A DNA stretch of 63,751 bases, the filler included, from Reticulomyxa filosa (lineage: Eukaryota; Protista; Foraminifera), in assembly GCA_000512085.1 (NCBI GenBank). It is 21 parts of 21 records of this genome, joined end to end, with 100 filler letters (N's around TTAATTAATTAA, not from the genome) between each part and the next. Parts side by side here need not be neighbours in the genome. Positions count along the whole stretch, not along the records: positions 50,072 to 51,207 come from ASPP01047895.1; positions 51,308 to 56,377 come from ASPP01006431.1; positions 56,478 to 57,765 come from ASPP01012344.1; positions 57,866 to 58,882 come from ASPP01016158.1; positions 58,983 to 61,597 come from ASPP01002905.1; positions 61,698 to 63,751 come from ASPP01004191.1; 15 more parts are not named here. One strand, 5' to 3'. The position numbers and the translations under genes were made by a program. The notes beneath the pieces are model-generated. The model was not told the origin of the DNA and ran no database searches. It was given only the letters and a program-made list of their open reading frames with translations. This document shows positions 50,072 through 62,541 of this stretch, in pieces (the stretch's first letter is position 1; the number at the start of each line of letters is the position of its first letter).

Positions 50072-50980
50072 TTGTTTCTGTTTTCGCCACAATCTTGCTG
50101 AAGACGAAAATCGTTGTTACTAATCGAAGATTAACTTTGAACTTCTTTCAGATACTGCTAGATGTTGCAGTATCTAGTTGTTCTTTGCTTGTCTTACTTC
50201 AAAATACAACTTTTTTTTCAAAATTTTATCTCGATGATTGATGATGTTTTTATGAAGGGGTTTCTAATATATATATATTTTTTATTTATTTATTTTTTTT
50301 TTTTAGCAAGAGTGAGATCTTATCCAAGTTAAGATTAGCACATCGTCCCAAAAGGAACACAGTACTCTAATAAAAATAAACAAAAAAAGGAAAAAATCAA
50401 CAAAACATATCAAACTCACATACAATCAACAACAGCAAGTGAAAAAAAAATTTTAAGTTTTAATTTAATCTTTAAAATATCAAAGGTTGTACGTCGAGAT
50501 TAATCAACGGTTGTGAAACAAAATTTGCTCTTCCCTGTGGAATGGCCAGGGGGAATTACAGGAGCAATGCCAATGCTCATGAGCATTGTTTTCGAAGTGT
50601 TGAAGTCTCAGGGAAATAATATTTCCTTTTCGGCTTATTTAATAGAAAAGTGGCTCAATTTTGTTCTCATTATTTCTTGTTAATTGACTGTTCATTTTGT
50701 GTGTTGTTATCTTGTATATATCTGATCTCCGCAAAATCGCAATATCAGATATATGAAAGTTTTCAACTAGTAAAAAGCTTTTTTATCATGATAAAAAAAA
50801 ATTTTACTAGTTAAAAAATTTTTTTTTTTAGTTTGAAATTATTTTCTTTGTATCTTTGTCTTTGTTTCTGTTTTCGCCACGATCTTGCTGACGGCGAAAA
50901 TCGTTGTTAACCGAAGATTAACTTCGAACTTCTTTGTTTTCATTCAAAATACAACTTTTTTCAAAAGTTTATATCGATGA
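50072..50980. repeat. Direct repeat pair (50072-50240 and 50862-50980), ~790 bp apart
   Basis: Shared TTGTTTCTGTTTTCGCCAC.ATCTTGCTGA.G.CGAAAATCGTTGTTA..CGAAGATTAACTT.GAACTTCTTT and TTCAAAATACAACTTTTTT. Confidence 0.85.
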
Positions 50981-51007
50981 TGAAGAATTATTTTTTTTAT
51001 TTGAAAT

Positions 51008-51207
51008 AGTGCAGCAGACGCATATAAGAAACGATTGGAACGTATACAAAGGATTGCAATGTGTCGAATTCTTGGCTTGATGAACCAGACTGCTTATGAC
51101 ACAGTTAGTGTTATTTCACAACTTCCTCCTCTTGAATGGCGATGAGAAGAGGTAAAGTTATATAACCAGATTCCCATACAATCCCAAATGTTCCACCAAT
51201 GCAAATT
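51008..51207 (+). mobile_element. Non-LTR retrotransposon (LINE) post-RT connection fragment, degraded
   Basis: KRLERIQRIAMCRILGLMNQTAYDTVSVISQLPPLEWR* matches the LINE ORF2 pattern L.R.Q..A.R.I.G....T.......LPPL..R. Confidence 0.7.
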
Positions 51208-51333
51208 NNNNNNNNNNNNNNNNNNNNNNNNNNNNNNNNNNNNNNNNNNNNTTAATTAATTAANNNNNNNNNNNNNNNNNNNNNNNNNNNNNNNNNNNNN
51301 NNNNNNNAAAAAAAAAAAAAAAAAAAAAAAAAA

Positions 51334-54300
51334 GATATCCCCTTCTCCAGGTTTTGAACCTCGTGGACAGTCACCCGGAGTCGCGGCGTCGCAGATCAGC
51401 GCGAGCACGTATACGGCACGTCGCGAGCACAAAAAGTTTCGATTGGCACATTACATGGCAAAGTTTGAACGAGGCAATGCATCGCCGATATTGGGAAAAG
51501 GCTATTTCAATCGGCCCAAAGACGTGTTCAATGGCGATTACTTACCCATGCCAGAGGTGTATTTCTATCCCGTCCACCAATCCAGACTGCTGGAGCCCAA
51601 TTTGCAATCTTTGCTCGGCTATGCGAGCAATGGCATGACTTCACCTTATTATTACTTTGAACCCATGATGACAGGTGGCAACGGACGAGCCAACGCACCC
51701 TATCCATACGCATTATATTATGCCCCTAGTGGAGTCAATGGAGGCACCGGCGCGGCTGTTCAAGCCACTCTGTCCAATGCAGGCCTCGTCCCCGGAGGAG
51801 TGCCAATCAATGCCAATCTTGGCCCCGCCGCACCCACGTCCGCCTCCAGCGGCAACAATGCCAGCGCCAATGTCTCCTCCGGACATCACAATAAAAAGTC
51901 GTCCCAGTCAGAGACATTACGCTTGAAGCGAAGAATCCATATCCATTGCGACAGTGATATCAACGCCGTTATCACTCCGGAATTTTTGACGAGCATTGAT
52001 TTGTATTATCGGTTACTGGACCCAAAGGTATATATATATATATATATATACATATATACATATATGTATATGTATATGTATGTGTGTGTATGTATTATTT
52101 TATACACTCATCTCCATCCCAATTTCAAACAAACAAATAAATACTAATAGCTGTTCAATCTCAATCAAGTATTGGATGACCTGCATCAACACGTGTGCCA
52201 ATACTACGATGGCAAACACAACCCATACGATATTCCCACCGAAATTGGCAAAACACAACGTAATCAACTCGCTTTGCCTGAAAAACCGAGATTCGAAACG
52301 TTTGAAAGAGAAGAGGTGTTCAGCTGCTATTTGCCAAGGACGAGAATACAAGTTTTGGAACGTGAAGAAATGAAACGCCCTGGCTTGTTCCTGCTGGATC
52401 TGCGCTTGAATCACTTCCACGGTGAACGCATCTTTTCTTATATGGCCATGCCCTATCGAATGGTCAAAGGCCCACTCTGCAAAATTGAGACGTTCTTGCA
52501 CATCACACAATCAAGTTTGCAAGGATATAGAGCCGCTCCACAAGGTTTGAGATAATGATAATATACATATATATGCATATATGTGCATATTTATGTATAT
52601 GTTTGTTATTATATTTTACTTATAAAAAAATAAATAATTATAATAAATGAAAAACACTCAAAAGTGGATCGCTCCGATGGCATGCCCTCGCAAATGAATG
52701 ACGTTGTGATTGATCCCTGCATATTGTTTGAAACGGACAAATGTGAGCATTTCCTTGGCATCGACGCGAGCGACCATTGGCTGAACCGCATTCAAACGTT
52801 TGAGTATCGATCGAATCAAAATTCGAGTGACCACTACCCTCACTTGAATCCGAAAGCCACGCCCACGGACGTGTCTCCCGCGCAAACGCACATTGGAATT
52901 AGTCAAGTGAAATTTTCGAGCAGTGTCACTGCGTTTGCCAGTGTAGCTACCATTGTCCGAAGGTTCTCTTTGTATTCCAACAAGTTGTCCACGGAAATAC
53001 CGTCGATCAATAACTTGCGTTTCGATCGTTGGAAAGTATTGGTCGGTGAGACCTTGACACAGGCTGCGGGACGAACGGAGCCTGATTCAACCAAGAGAGA
53101 GTTGTTCCATCATCACTTTTTGGAATGGTAAAAAGTTTTATCCTATCAATGCTATACATATGTGTATATATGTAAATGTTTTGTTTTTTTTGTTGGTATT
53201 TGACAAAAAAAAAAAGGTTGTCATTAAGATTGAGCGCAAATCGAAAACGAGAAATGGAGGGACACATGCCAGTGACGAATTTGGTGAAAAACAATTACAC
53301 CCGAAACAATGGACTGGTGTTCATGGTGGTGATGAGAAATTTGGTGAATGCACTGTCCGATCGAAGTGAGCGCAACTTGGATCAGAGATATGCCGATGCG
53401 AGTCGCACGCACTATTACCATTACAGCTATTACTCCCCGTACGGCTATGGATACGGGTCCAATGAACAGCAGTGGCGCAAGGCATACGCCACGGCGGCGT
53501 CCAAGACCAAGTTTTACACGCAAAAGCTGAAGGAGCTGAGAGAAAACATCAACAGTCCGGAAGAGCGAGGATGTTTGATGGAGTTTACCAAAGAGTTGCA
53601 AGTGTTGCTGTTTCCAATGGAAAATGAAAGTACCGCGTACTTTGAGGAGCTTTTGTATTGGAGTGTAGATCGCGTCGGTCTGGAGGTTATTCAATTACAG
53701 GAAAACTGTGTAGATTTGAACGTCGGCACATTCAAAGGTTTGGTCAAAGCCATTCAAAAGCCTCCTGGCAGTGACCACATTGACGAAAAGGACATTGGCA
53801 CATGGGATGTCACGGTGTCCGCTTGCGTGAAGAAAGTTCAGCACAAAACGCAATATAAAAAGCGAAGGGAGAGAGGATAATAGAAAAGTAAATCATATAC
53901 ATATACACATACACATACACATATATATATATACATATATATATATGTATATATATATAACTTAATAAATAAATCAATAGATGACCGCACAAGTGAAACC
54001 GCAATCATTGTCCGCTTTTTATGCTCTGCGACGAGCGCTGCAATCACTCGATACAAATGCACAAATGCCACAGCAGCAACAGCAACAAAACAAAGCCCCG
54101 ACCAGTCCGACAGGCGCCTCTGTCGCCAGTGGAGCAACGGGCACGTCGAAAGCAGGGAGGTTTTTCGGCTGGGATACTCGAAGTGCATTGAGTGGGAACA
54201 CCGGCAATGGTGGTAGCGGCGGTGGTGGTGGTGGAAGTGTTGGCAATATTGGCATGATACATAACGTTGGCAATGTATTTCCACCGCTGAATCGCACAGG

Positions 54301-56377
54301 AATGTTTGCCAGCAGCGACTACTACTATCGACTTGATTTCAAAACGTCGACCGGACAAAAAAGTGTGCACGCGTTGGGCGGAGGCCATCCCCAAAGAAAG
54401 CGAGGACGAAGTCGAGTGCAGCCCATCTCGTCGTCCAATATGACCGTGCGATGGAAACGAAAAATGCACTTTCACTTTTGCTTGTCGGAAATGCGATTCA
54501 AAGTGGTTACTCCCGAATGCGCCGATGTGGACCTGCAGATTGTGTCTTTTTCGTGTCTGTATGATCACAAATCGAATCCAACGCCACAGCAGCTGCAAGG
54601 TGTCGCGACATCGATTGTGGGACATCGACACACCTCGTCTCACCATAGTCATGTCAGTTCTGGTCCTGGTCATGGGCACACTCAAAGTCAAGGAAGCAAA
54701 ACTTTTGTTCCCGGCTTAGCAGGTTCAACTATTATATACATGTATACATATACATATATACATATACATATATGTATGTACATATATGTATATATGCATA
54801 TATGTATATGTGCATATATGTATATATGCATATATGTATGGTAATGATATCTTTCAAACTTAAACTTTTTTTTTTTTTTGCAAAATTATTGTCTAGGTTT
54901 TGCACACAATAAAATGTATCGCGAAGAAGTAACCAAACTTCACATTAAACACGGAAAAACTGACGGTTCGATTGCAATTGGCAGAATCTTTGGACGACTC
55001 AAGCAGCACAGCTGCCACTCCAGCGCAAGGACTTGGCAATGAGACGTCGACGAATGTGCGCTCTGCGTACGCGCAATCGACCAACTCTGGCGCGGTGGAA
55101 GGCGGTCCATTGGTGTCCCAATTGTCGCTGAGGAATGTGGCGCTTTGCTATTCCAACCAGCCCACCCTTGTCCCGACCAACGATCTGTCCGGCCCGTTGT
55201 TCCAAAAGAGCAGTGACTCTCTGCCGGCCAATGATCTGAATGAAGAGAAGACCACTGGAGACACTGGGTTCATCGGGGGAGGGGGAGGAGGAGGAGGTCC
55301 TCAGGCTCCAAAGTTGACAAAGTTGGTGAATCGAATTGGAGTCGTGATAGAAATACAAGAGTGCATTGGCAATATGATGTTCGATCGGTTGTTGGATGTA
55401 AAGTCAATGGGAGGGACGAATGAGGCTCGCGTTTGGAATCAAAGGGGCTTGGATATTAAACATTTGGTGAATTCGTGGCTCGATATTGTGGAAAAGGAAA
55501 CAGATGAGTCCAAAGACCCATTGCTACAAGCAGTGGGCACAGGCATGGGATACACGGAATTAATCGGAGGAAAGAGTCCAGTCGCATGGTATTCGTTGGA
55601 AACAAATGTCGAAATTACCGGACGATTGAACCTGCTAAAACTACGTCCGTGGCTATCTGATCGCTGTTTGTGCATTTATACGTTGGAGCCTTTGACTGGA
55701 CATTTTAAGCTGCCGCACAATCTGCTATTCGACGCGGCGTTCGAAGCGGGGAAAAAGAACATTGCCTGGACTTTGTGTTGTTCAAAGTCCCTCCACACAA
55801 AAGACGAGCCAAAGACGAGTTCTATGTGCGCAATCTCAACGCATCCACCACCACGCAGAAATTCCCGTTCATTTGTGCACGTGTGACCACACATCAACAG
55901 TTTCCAACTTTCGCTGGAGATAATAATCGAAGGAAACGTGTGTCGCGGGATTTGGACGAGTTCACTTCATTTGATGTGGGCAGTGTGGTCGACGAAGACG
56001 AATTGCACGCTCCTGAAAAGCATTTGGTCACTGCCACTGTCGGCTTGTCACGAATGTCCGCAACGATGACTGAGAAAATGTTTGGTAGTATCGTCCGCTT
56101 GTTCGATCGCATCCAAAGAGAGGCCAACAATTTGTTGAAAATTTATCAATATTTTGGAACTGCTGCTGGTCTTGTTCACAAAAAAAGTTTTGCTCTTTTG
56201 TGTTTATGCATTTATACATTTTTTTTTTTTTTTTTTTTTTAAGGAGAGGAACCTTACGATAAGGATCATAAAACAAACTTCCAATTAATATGCAAATGTG
56301 TTTTTGTTCAATACATTTGATGCAAAATATGTGTTAGCCGACTCAGTGCTAATATCCAAGACAAACCCGTCTCGGTT
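51334..56377 (+). CDS. Internal multi-exon fragment of a giant protein, BLTP1/KIAA1109/Csf1-like bridge lipid-transfer protein (tentative)
   Basis: About 5 kb of consecutive exons with beta-rich segments and low-complexity loops. [15 protein letters not shown] and [18 protein letters not shown] recall BLTP1 segments, from memory only. Confidence 0.45.
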
Positions 56378-56516
56378 NNNNNNNNNNNNNNNNNNNNNNN
56401 NNNNNNNNNNNNNNNNNNNNNTTAATTAATTAANNNNNNNNNNNNNNNNNNNNNNNNNNNNNNNNNNNNNNNNNNNNTCAATAAGTAATTAAAAAAAAAA
56501 AAAAAAAAAAAAAAAA

Positions 56517-57106
56517 CTTTTTCTTCGGACAATCGGGTAATAGGATTGTCAGTGTTTGGATAAGGCATTGACAAAATTCGATCGATAGTTTGTCTTGGCA
56601 AACTCAATGTACTTGAAATATTAAAAGGAAGATTCTCCCAATTTCTTGGATAAAACGTGCACTAAGTCTGCAATAATGGACTGACCTTTGGTAGTGTCTT
56701 TCGTTTTTGTTCGCGATTTGTGGGGGGACTTGGGCTTCGATGACACTGTACAAGAACGTGTTCGATCATACATTGGCTCAATGCTTGGCACTACTGTCGA
56801 TGATGTCGTTTCTGCCGTTTGCGCGTGAATGCTGTCCATCTTTATATTCGTTACTGAGTCTCCATCTTCTGTTGTTGTTGTTGTTGTTGTGTTCACACAT
56901 CTTGGAGATGGTGCGACCTCGTCACTGTCTGTTGTTGCTGGAGGGATCGACTGTGCTTGTGTGCGGGAACACTCGTAGTAAGGTCTGAAACCTACTGTTG
57001 CAAGTGACGTTGGTTCTCGGGGAAGAAGGCTATTCAGGGTCAAAGAGAGAGTGCTCTCGCTTTGAGACCGCTTCAATGGAGAGAATTTTGGTTTTGGATT
57101 TGTCAT
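56517..57106 (-). CDS. Hypothetical S/T/P-rich protein, N-terminal part
   Basis: ATG near 57106 with a coding-like ORF and a second exon; lies head-to-head with the selenoprotein S gene, ~215 bp apart. Confidence 0.55.
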
Positions 57107-57322
57107 GAGCAGGGGGTAGAACAATTGATTTGCAAAAAAAAAAAAAGTTTCTTCTTTCTAGTCTGTTGTTATTTTTTTTTAAAAAAAGTAAATAAAGATA
57201 TACATATTTTGACTCTCCTAAATTGAAAAAAGAGAGGTTTCTTATGTGTCTTTTGCAAATTGAACGTGTGCAACCTAGACACAAAAAGAAAAAAACTTGT
57301 TTTCAGACTCACGACTAATGTG

Positions 57323-57724
57323 ATGAACGAGCAGCTTCTGCTCTATGGTTGGTCTGCTGTCTTTGTGGCCATCTTGCTTTGGCTGTTCCTGAATTACATC
57401 CAGCCACACTTGAACAGTTGTTGCCGTACTTCACAACAACAAGCCAGTTCAGTACAGACAGCACCAGATGAAAAATTAGAAGAAATTCGGCGTAAACAAC
57501 AAGAGAGATTCGATCGACTCACAGAAATTCACATAAATACAACAAAGCCTCCTCAATCCAAAGATGAAGAGAAATTTAAAAAGACAGTTGCATTTCGATA
57601 TGCGACCACAGGTTCTTACTCTAGTGATCGTCCCAAACCTGGAGCAAATGCTCCTGAAAATGGAAACTATCGACCAAATCCTAAAAATCGCTGTAGCAAA
57701 CCTCGTGGAGGTGGATGAGGTTAG
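57323..57724 (+). CDS. SELENOS: Selenoprotein S-like protein, in-frame TGA read as Sec
   Basis: YGW followed by a TM helix, LEEIRRKQQERF coiled coil, and C-terminal YRP..RGGG-TGA(57716-57718)-GGT-TAG, giving the GGUG* ending typical of SelS. Confidence 0.85.
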
Positions 57725-57865
57725 AAGGCTTGGGCAATATTATAATAAAAGAGGCTTTTTTTTTTNNNNNNNNNNNNNNNNNNNNNNNNNNNNNNNNNNN
57801 NNNNNNNNNTTAATTAATTAANNNNNNNNNNNNNNNNNNNNNNNNNNNNNNNNNNNNNNNNNNNN

Positions 57866-57896
<31 letters not shown>

Positions 57897-58009
57897 TTGT
57901 TGTTGTTGTCGGTATGTGTGTTGTTTATTTTTATTTTTTTAAAAAAAAGTCTATCTCGTATACGATGTGTGAGTGTACATATAAAAAAAAAAAAAAAAAA
58001 AAAAAGATA

Positions 58010-58800
58010 CGAAACCCAAAGCTTGAGTAGGTAATATTCACGATCCAATGCTTCGTTTTCTTCATCCAAGTGCTTGAATGATTTAATTCCGTAAAAAGCT
58101 CTGCCAATTCCCAAAAAGATGAGTATTTGATGGCAACAGCCGTTCTTTTGTGTCCACACAACTCGTCGTTCTTTTGTTCCTGTCTCCTCGTCGTACAGCG
58201 ACTTTTGCTTCCATCCCTTCACACCACGGATATACAACGCACTCAAAGTTTGCGAAGCAAGATTGAATGACAATTGCATAATGGCCCACCAGTAATCTCC
58301 CGCCGTAAACCAAACCACTATCACATTGATATCTATACTTGCAAGAACACACAAATCATTGCCACAAACTAATTATAACTCATGCATTAAAAAAAAAAAA
58401 CAAGCCTGTGACAAAGTCCATAATACTGATAACGACCACACAAATGGTAACACCCATTTGTCGTAAATGACGCTTTCGTCCCAGCAGAAACATACATACA
58501 GTGGGGACCAAAATCAGATACATCTCACTCCAAAATATCGCCACAAAAGAGACTGAGTTGAATTGGAATACAACGACCATCAAAACCACAAAGAGGACAT
58601 ATCCTAGCACAATAAGGGCAAACCGACTTTGCAAAATTACGTAAAACCAGGCCAAAATGAAGGGTGCCACAGCGCCAAACATCCACAACGCAACGCCGAC
58701 ATGCAGCACAAAGTATGCATATAATATCGCCCCAGAGAGCAGCAACGAGAACACACCGAACCAAAATATCTGTCCATCACGGGTGCCACAACAGCCAGCG
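58010..58800 (-). CDS. XK-related multi-pass membrane protein (scramblase family), partial
   Basis: SIMDFVT|DINVIVVWF..DYWWA..SQ.LS, FLGIGR and YYLLKLW, with extra N-terminal TM helices. Confidence 0.6.
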
Positions 58801-58815
58801 TTTTTATCGCCTTTT

Positions 58816-58846
<31 letters not shown>

Positions 58847-59652
58847 GCATATTAATTAAAAAAAAAAAAAAAAAAAAAAAAANNNNNNNNNNNNNNNNNN
58901 NNNNNNNNNNNNNNNNNNNNNNNNNNTTAATTAATTAANNNNNNNNNNNNNNNNNNNNNNNNNNNNNNNNNNNNNNNNNNNNATGAAGATTCAATTCAAC
59001 TGATGACATCAAACAAATGAATTGTTGTTGTACTTTTGATTATTTTTTTCTTCTATAGTTCATACAACAATTTTTCAAATCAATATAAGTTTTGTTCAAG
59101 ATATTCAAAAATCAGTCAACAAATGCAAAAGTTAGTCATTTTTAAAAAATCATGTGAATTGCAACGATAAAAAAGAAAAAGAAAAATATTCTCTTTTATA
59201 CGATTCACAAGTTATTAAAAAAGTTCTAGTTGAACCCTTTTTTTTTGTTGTTGTTGTTTTTCTTCTTCGCGTTGTCTTTTTTGGCTTGCTTTGGGATTTC
59301 GTTTAGATCTTTTATTATCCATTGTAAGACGAGCTTGTCTTGTTTTCTTTTTAAAAAAATAAATCTGGACTCCGTTTGTCGGACTTATGGAGTGTCTGTT
59401 AAAAACACTTGGACAGACTATTGCCAAGTGAATCGGTGATAATTAAAAAGGTATGTTGTCATCTGTAATTTTTATTTGTTTGCTTGTGCTTTCAACTCCG
59501 TTGGAAAACACATAATATTTTTTAAAATATATTTGTACAATCAGCAACGGAAACTGTGTTATTAAACTTTGTGTTTTCCGAAATAATCAAACACAGCAAC
59601 AGTTGCTTGAAGGTGGTGTATGTTTGATTCATTTCCAACATCTATTTTTTTT

Positions 59653-59659
59653 TATAAAT
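59653..59659 (+). promoter_or_regulatory. TATA-like element upstream of the tRNA-like RNA
   Basis: TATAAAT about 24 nt upstream of 59677. The AT-rich background weakens this call. Confidence 0.3.
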
Positions 59660-59676
59660 TTATTCAAATGAATAAA

Positions 59677-59984
59677 AGCTGCATAGCTCAACGGTAGAGC
59701 CCGCAAGGAAAATAAAGGGGACTAGGGCCATCCAATCTCAGGGCTTCGGGATTGCTCGGAGATCGGGAGAGTGGAGTAACTTCAAAAGGGTTACTAGGTT
59801 GTCCTGTATTGTGTGTGAGTCAGTAATATATAAGCTTAAGTTGCAGGTGCTTATATTTTGCTTGCCCTCAATGTGGGCACACATTGATCTCATGTGAGAG
59901 GTAGCAATATCTTCCGTGTGGGGTTTTTGTGCAGCCCCCTTTACTTTCCAAGCGTAGATATGGGTCCGACTCCCGCTGTCGCTT
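59677..59984 (+). ncRNA. tRNA-mimic structured RNA with a ~240-nt domain replacing the anticodon arm
   Basis: Acceptor stem AGCTGCA/TGTCGCT; D-arm and A-box TAGCTCAACGGTAGAGC; T-arm and B-box-like GGGTCCGACTCCC; long closing helix; several hairpins including GNRA-capped ones; T10 run downstream. Confidence 0.6.
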
Positions 59985-59988
59985 ATAA

Positions 59989-59998
59989 TTTTTTTTTT
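59989..59998 (+). terminator. Pol III-type oligo(T) terminator
   Basis: T10 run 4 nt after the tRNA-like 3' end. Confidence 0.45.
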
Positions 59999-60014
59999 AT
60001 ATAAAAAAAACAAT

Positions 60015-61560
60015 TCAAACAACACACAAATAATAATAATAAAAAAGAGTTCTAGAAACATTATCTTGTATTTGCCAAATGTCTAGTTTGAGTCTATCCT
60101 TGATCCATTTGACTTGCACATTGATTTTTGTTCGTGTAACAATATGATGTGCGTTAATCGTTGCAAATAGTTGCAACCTGTTTGTTATGCAAAGCATAAA
60201 AGTTGCTTTTATCGACTGGAGACGAGATTGCATGTTTGTTTTTGAATAACTCCCTTTTTTTTAAGTAAGCATGTGCATTGTGCGAGTAAAAGACTTAGTC
60301 CATTATTCCTTCAAATAGTTATAATGATTTAGTTGTGTGATCTGAATTATACTATAGCAATCCTTGCCAAGAAATTGAAAATAGTAGTAGTGAGCGCACG
60401 CAAGTAGTTGGTCCCTTTTCATTTCCGACACAAGTGTCCAATGATTAAAATAGACGGTGCTACGAACATCACTACCAATGTTATCCATTTTGTTCTTTTG
60501 CTGTTCCTACATGTGTGTTTTTTGGAAAAGTTTCTTGCAAAAAAAAAAAAAAAAAAGACATTCACTCCGAATACGAAACTTCGCTGATAATATCAGTAAT
60601 AACTTCTAATTTCCAACTTTTTTTTAGTTCTTGACCCCTTTTTTTTTTTTGATCTCCATTTGTGTGGAGCAAGAGTATAATTGTTATTAATTCAACGACA
60701 TTGGAACTTTCCATCGATCAGTTGCTATAATATATTTTTTGTTTGTTGGTTTGAGCTTTGCGATATGCAAATGTATGAAATGAAAATAAACTTGAAAAAA
60801 AACTCTTGGCTTGATAATATCGCTTTTGATACCTTGACAGACGTCAATATAATTCCATTCCTCCAAAATATAGATATCATATATAAAGTCGAATTCAATA
60901 CTATCATTAAATACTTTGATTAATTCGAGCGTTTGTTGTCGTGTCGCCATTCCATACCACACCACATTACTATCCATATTATCCTATGTTTTGATTGATC
61001 CAAATATTTATTTGTTATAATTTTAAAGTTGTTTTTTTTTCAAAAAAAAAAGATAAAAAAATTGTCCACATTTATCGCGTTTGTAACTTAGCCAACATCC
61101 GCAAAGCTTTATGGATAGACATGTTTCTGTTCATAACAGTTTGTTTCAAATGGCCAGATTGATTAAACGACATATCACTACCAAATTCAAAGATGATGAT
61201 CAAAGTGTCGGGATATCGTTCATAGCGCAAAGGGTCAATATATTTTGTCATTGGGGCCATAAATATCCATAAAAAGTTAATTATCGTGTTGGTGTATTGT
61301 TTGATATCGATCACTCTTTTCATTTTTTTATTCATCTCTGGTAACTACTTTTCTCACCTTGCTCTCTTCCTCCTTTTTCTTCTCATTATTATATATATGG
61401 TATATTTAAATGAATGACGCCAAACCAGTAGCCCTTTGGTGAATGGTAATAAGAGTGCAATGATGGCATTTTTTTGATTACAACATTTGTACGCAAATGA
61501 TCCTACTTTTACACAACCTACAATAACAGCTAATAATGATATCGTTAACAACGATTCCAT
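60015..61560 (-). pseudogene. Unidentified multi-exon gene or pseudogene
   Basis: Co-oriented coding-like ORF pieces (61354-61560, 61072-61335, 60687-60977, 60303-60488) with apparent stops. No family recognised. Confidence 0.35.
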
Positions 61561-62541
61561 TTGAAGTGGAAATGTTACATGAAATAATATTAAATCCNNN
61601 NNNNNNNNNNNNNNNNNNNNNNNNNNNNNNNNNNNNNNNNNTTAATTAATTAANNNNNNNNNNNNNNNNNNNNNNNNNNNNNNNNNNNNNNNNNNNNACA
61701 ATAAACAAAAATTTATAAAAGTTGTTGAAAAATGATTGGAATTGATGCACCATATCCACATCACCTTGAAGTAGGTAGCATAGATTTTATGCAACTGGTA
61801 GCTTTTGGATAATGTTTCTGATTTAATTTAATAGATTTGTATTATAATACTATCTACGTCATAATCACTCAAACATTTTCTTTCATCTTTCAACTTAATT
61901 TCGAATTATCTATATATTCCAAAAAACTAATTTTCTTTCTTGTTTAAATCATCCAAAGATTTGCGAAAAAATATACTATTCGTTTGCAAAAAGTAATAAT
62001 TTTGTACGCTTGAATACAATGGAAAATGTCATTTAATGTGAGCATGATCACAAACACATATTAATTATATTGTTTCATTTTGATTTTATTACTTTTAGAA
62101 AAAAGTGTAACTAAACAAATTGTGTTTTTTGTTGCCTTTGAGCAATCAGATTGTGACATCAGCTCGGAAATTTCATTATTCTTATTAAATTGTGAATGTT
62201 AAAGAAAAAGAAAAAAAACATTGCATTTCAATGTTCGATAAAAAGTTTGTCAAACTGAAGCTCTTGTATGCAAAAGCAAACGAGAAGAAATCGTTTTGTT
62301 GTTTGCTAAGTTGATTGTGTTAGTGTACCCATGAAAAAAAAGCGCAGAAATGTGTGCTATGCGTTTTTCAGTTGCTTTTTTTCAATTGATCATTCCCTAT
62401 GAAAGGAAAAATTTATTTTTTTTTAAAGAACAGTTTATTTCGAGTATAGGTGCAATCAAAAATGGAAGCCAATGAGGAGGGGAAAAAAAAGAAGAGAAAA
62501 TGAAGCAAATATACATTAAAAAATGTTTACAAATTATAGTG

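Noticed and set aside
59787-59793. TAACCCT on the minus strand as a telomerase RNA template
   Set aside because: Only 7 nt, lies inside a hairpin stem, and is on the strand opposite the Pol III signals.
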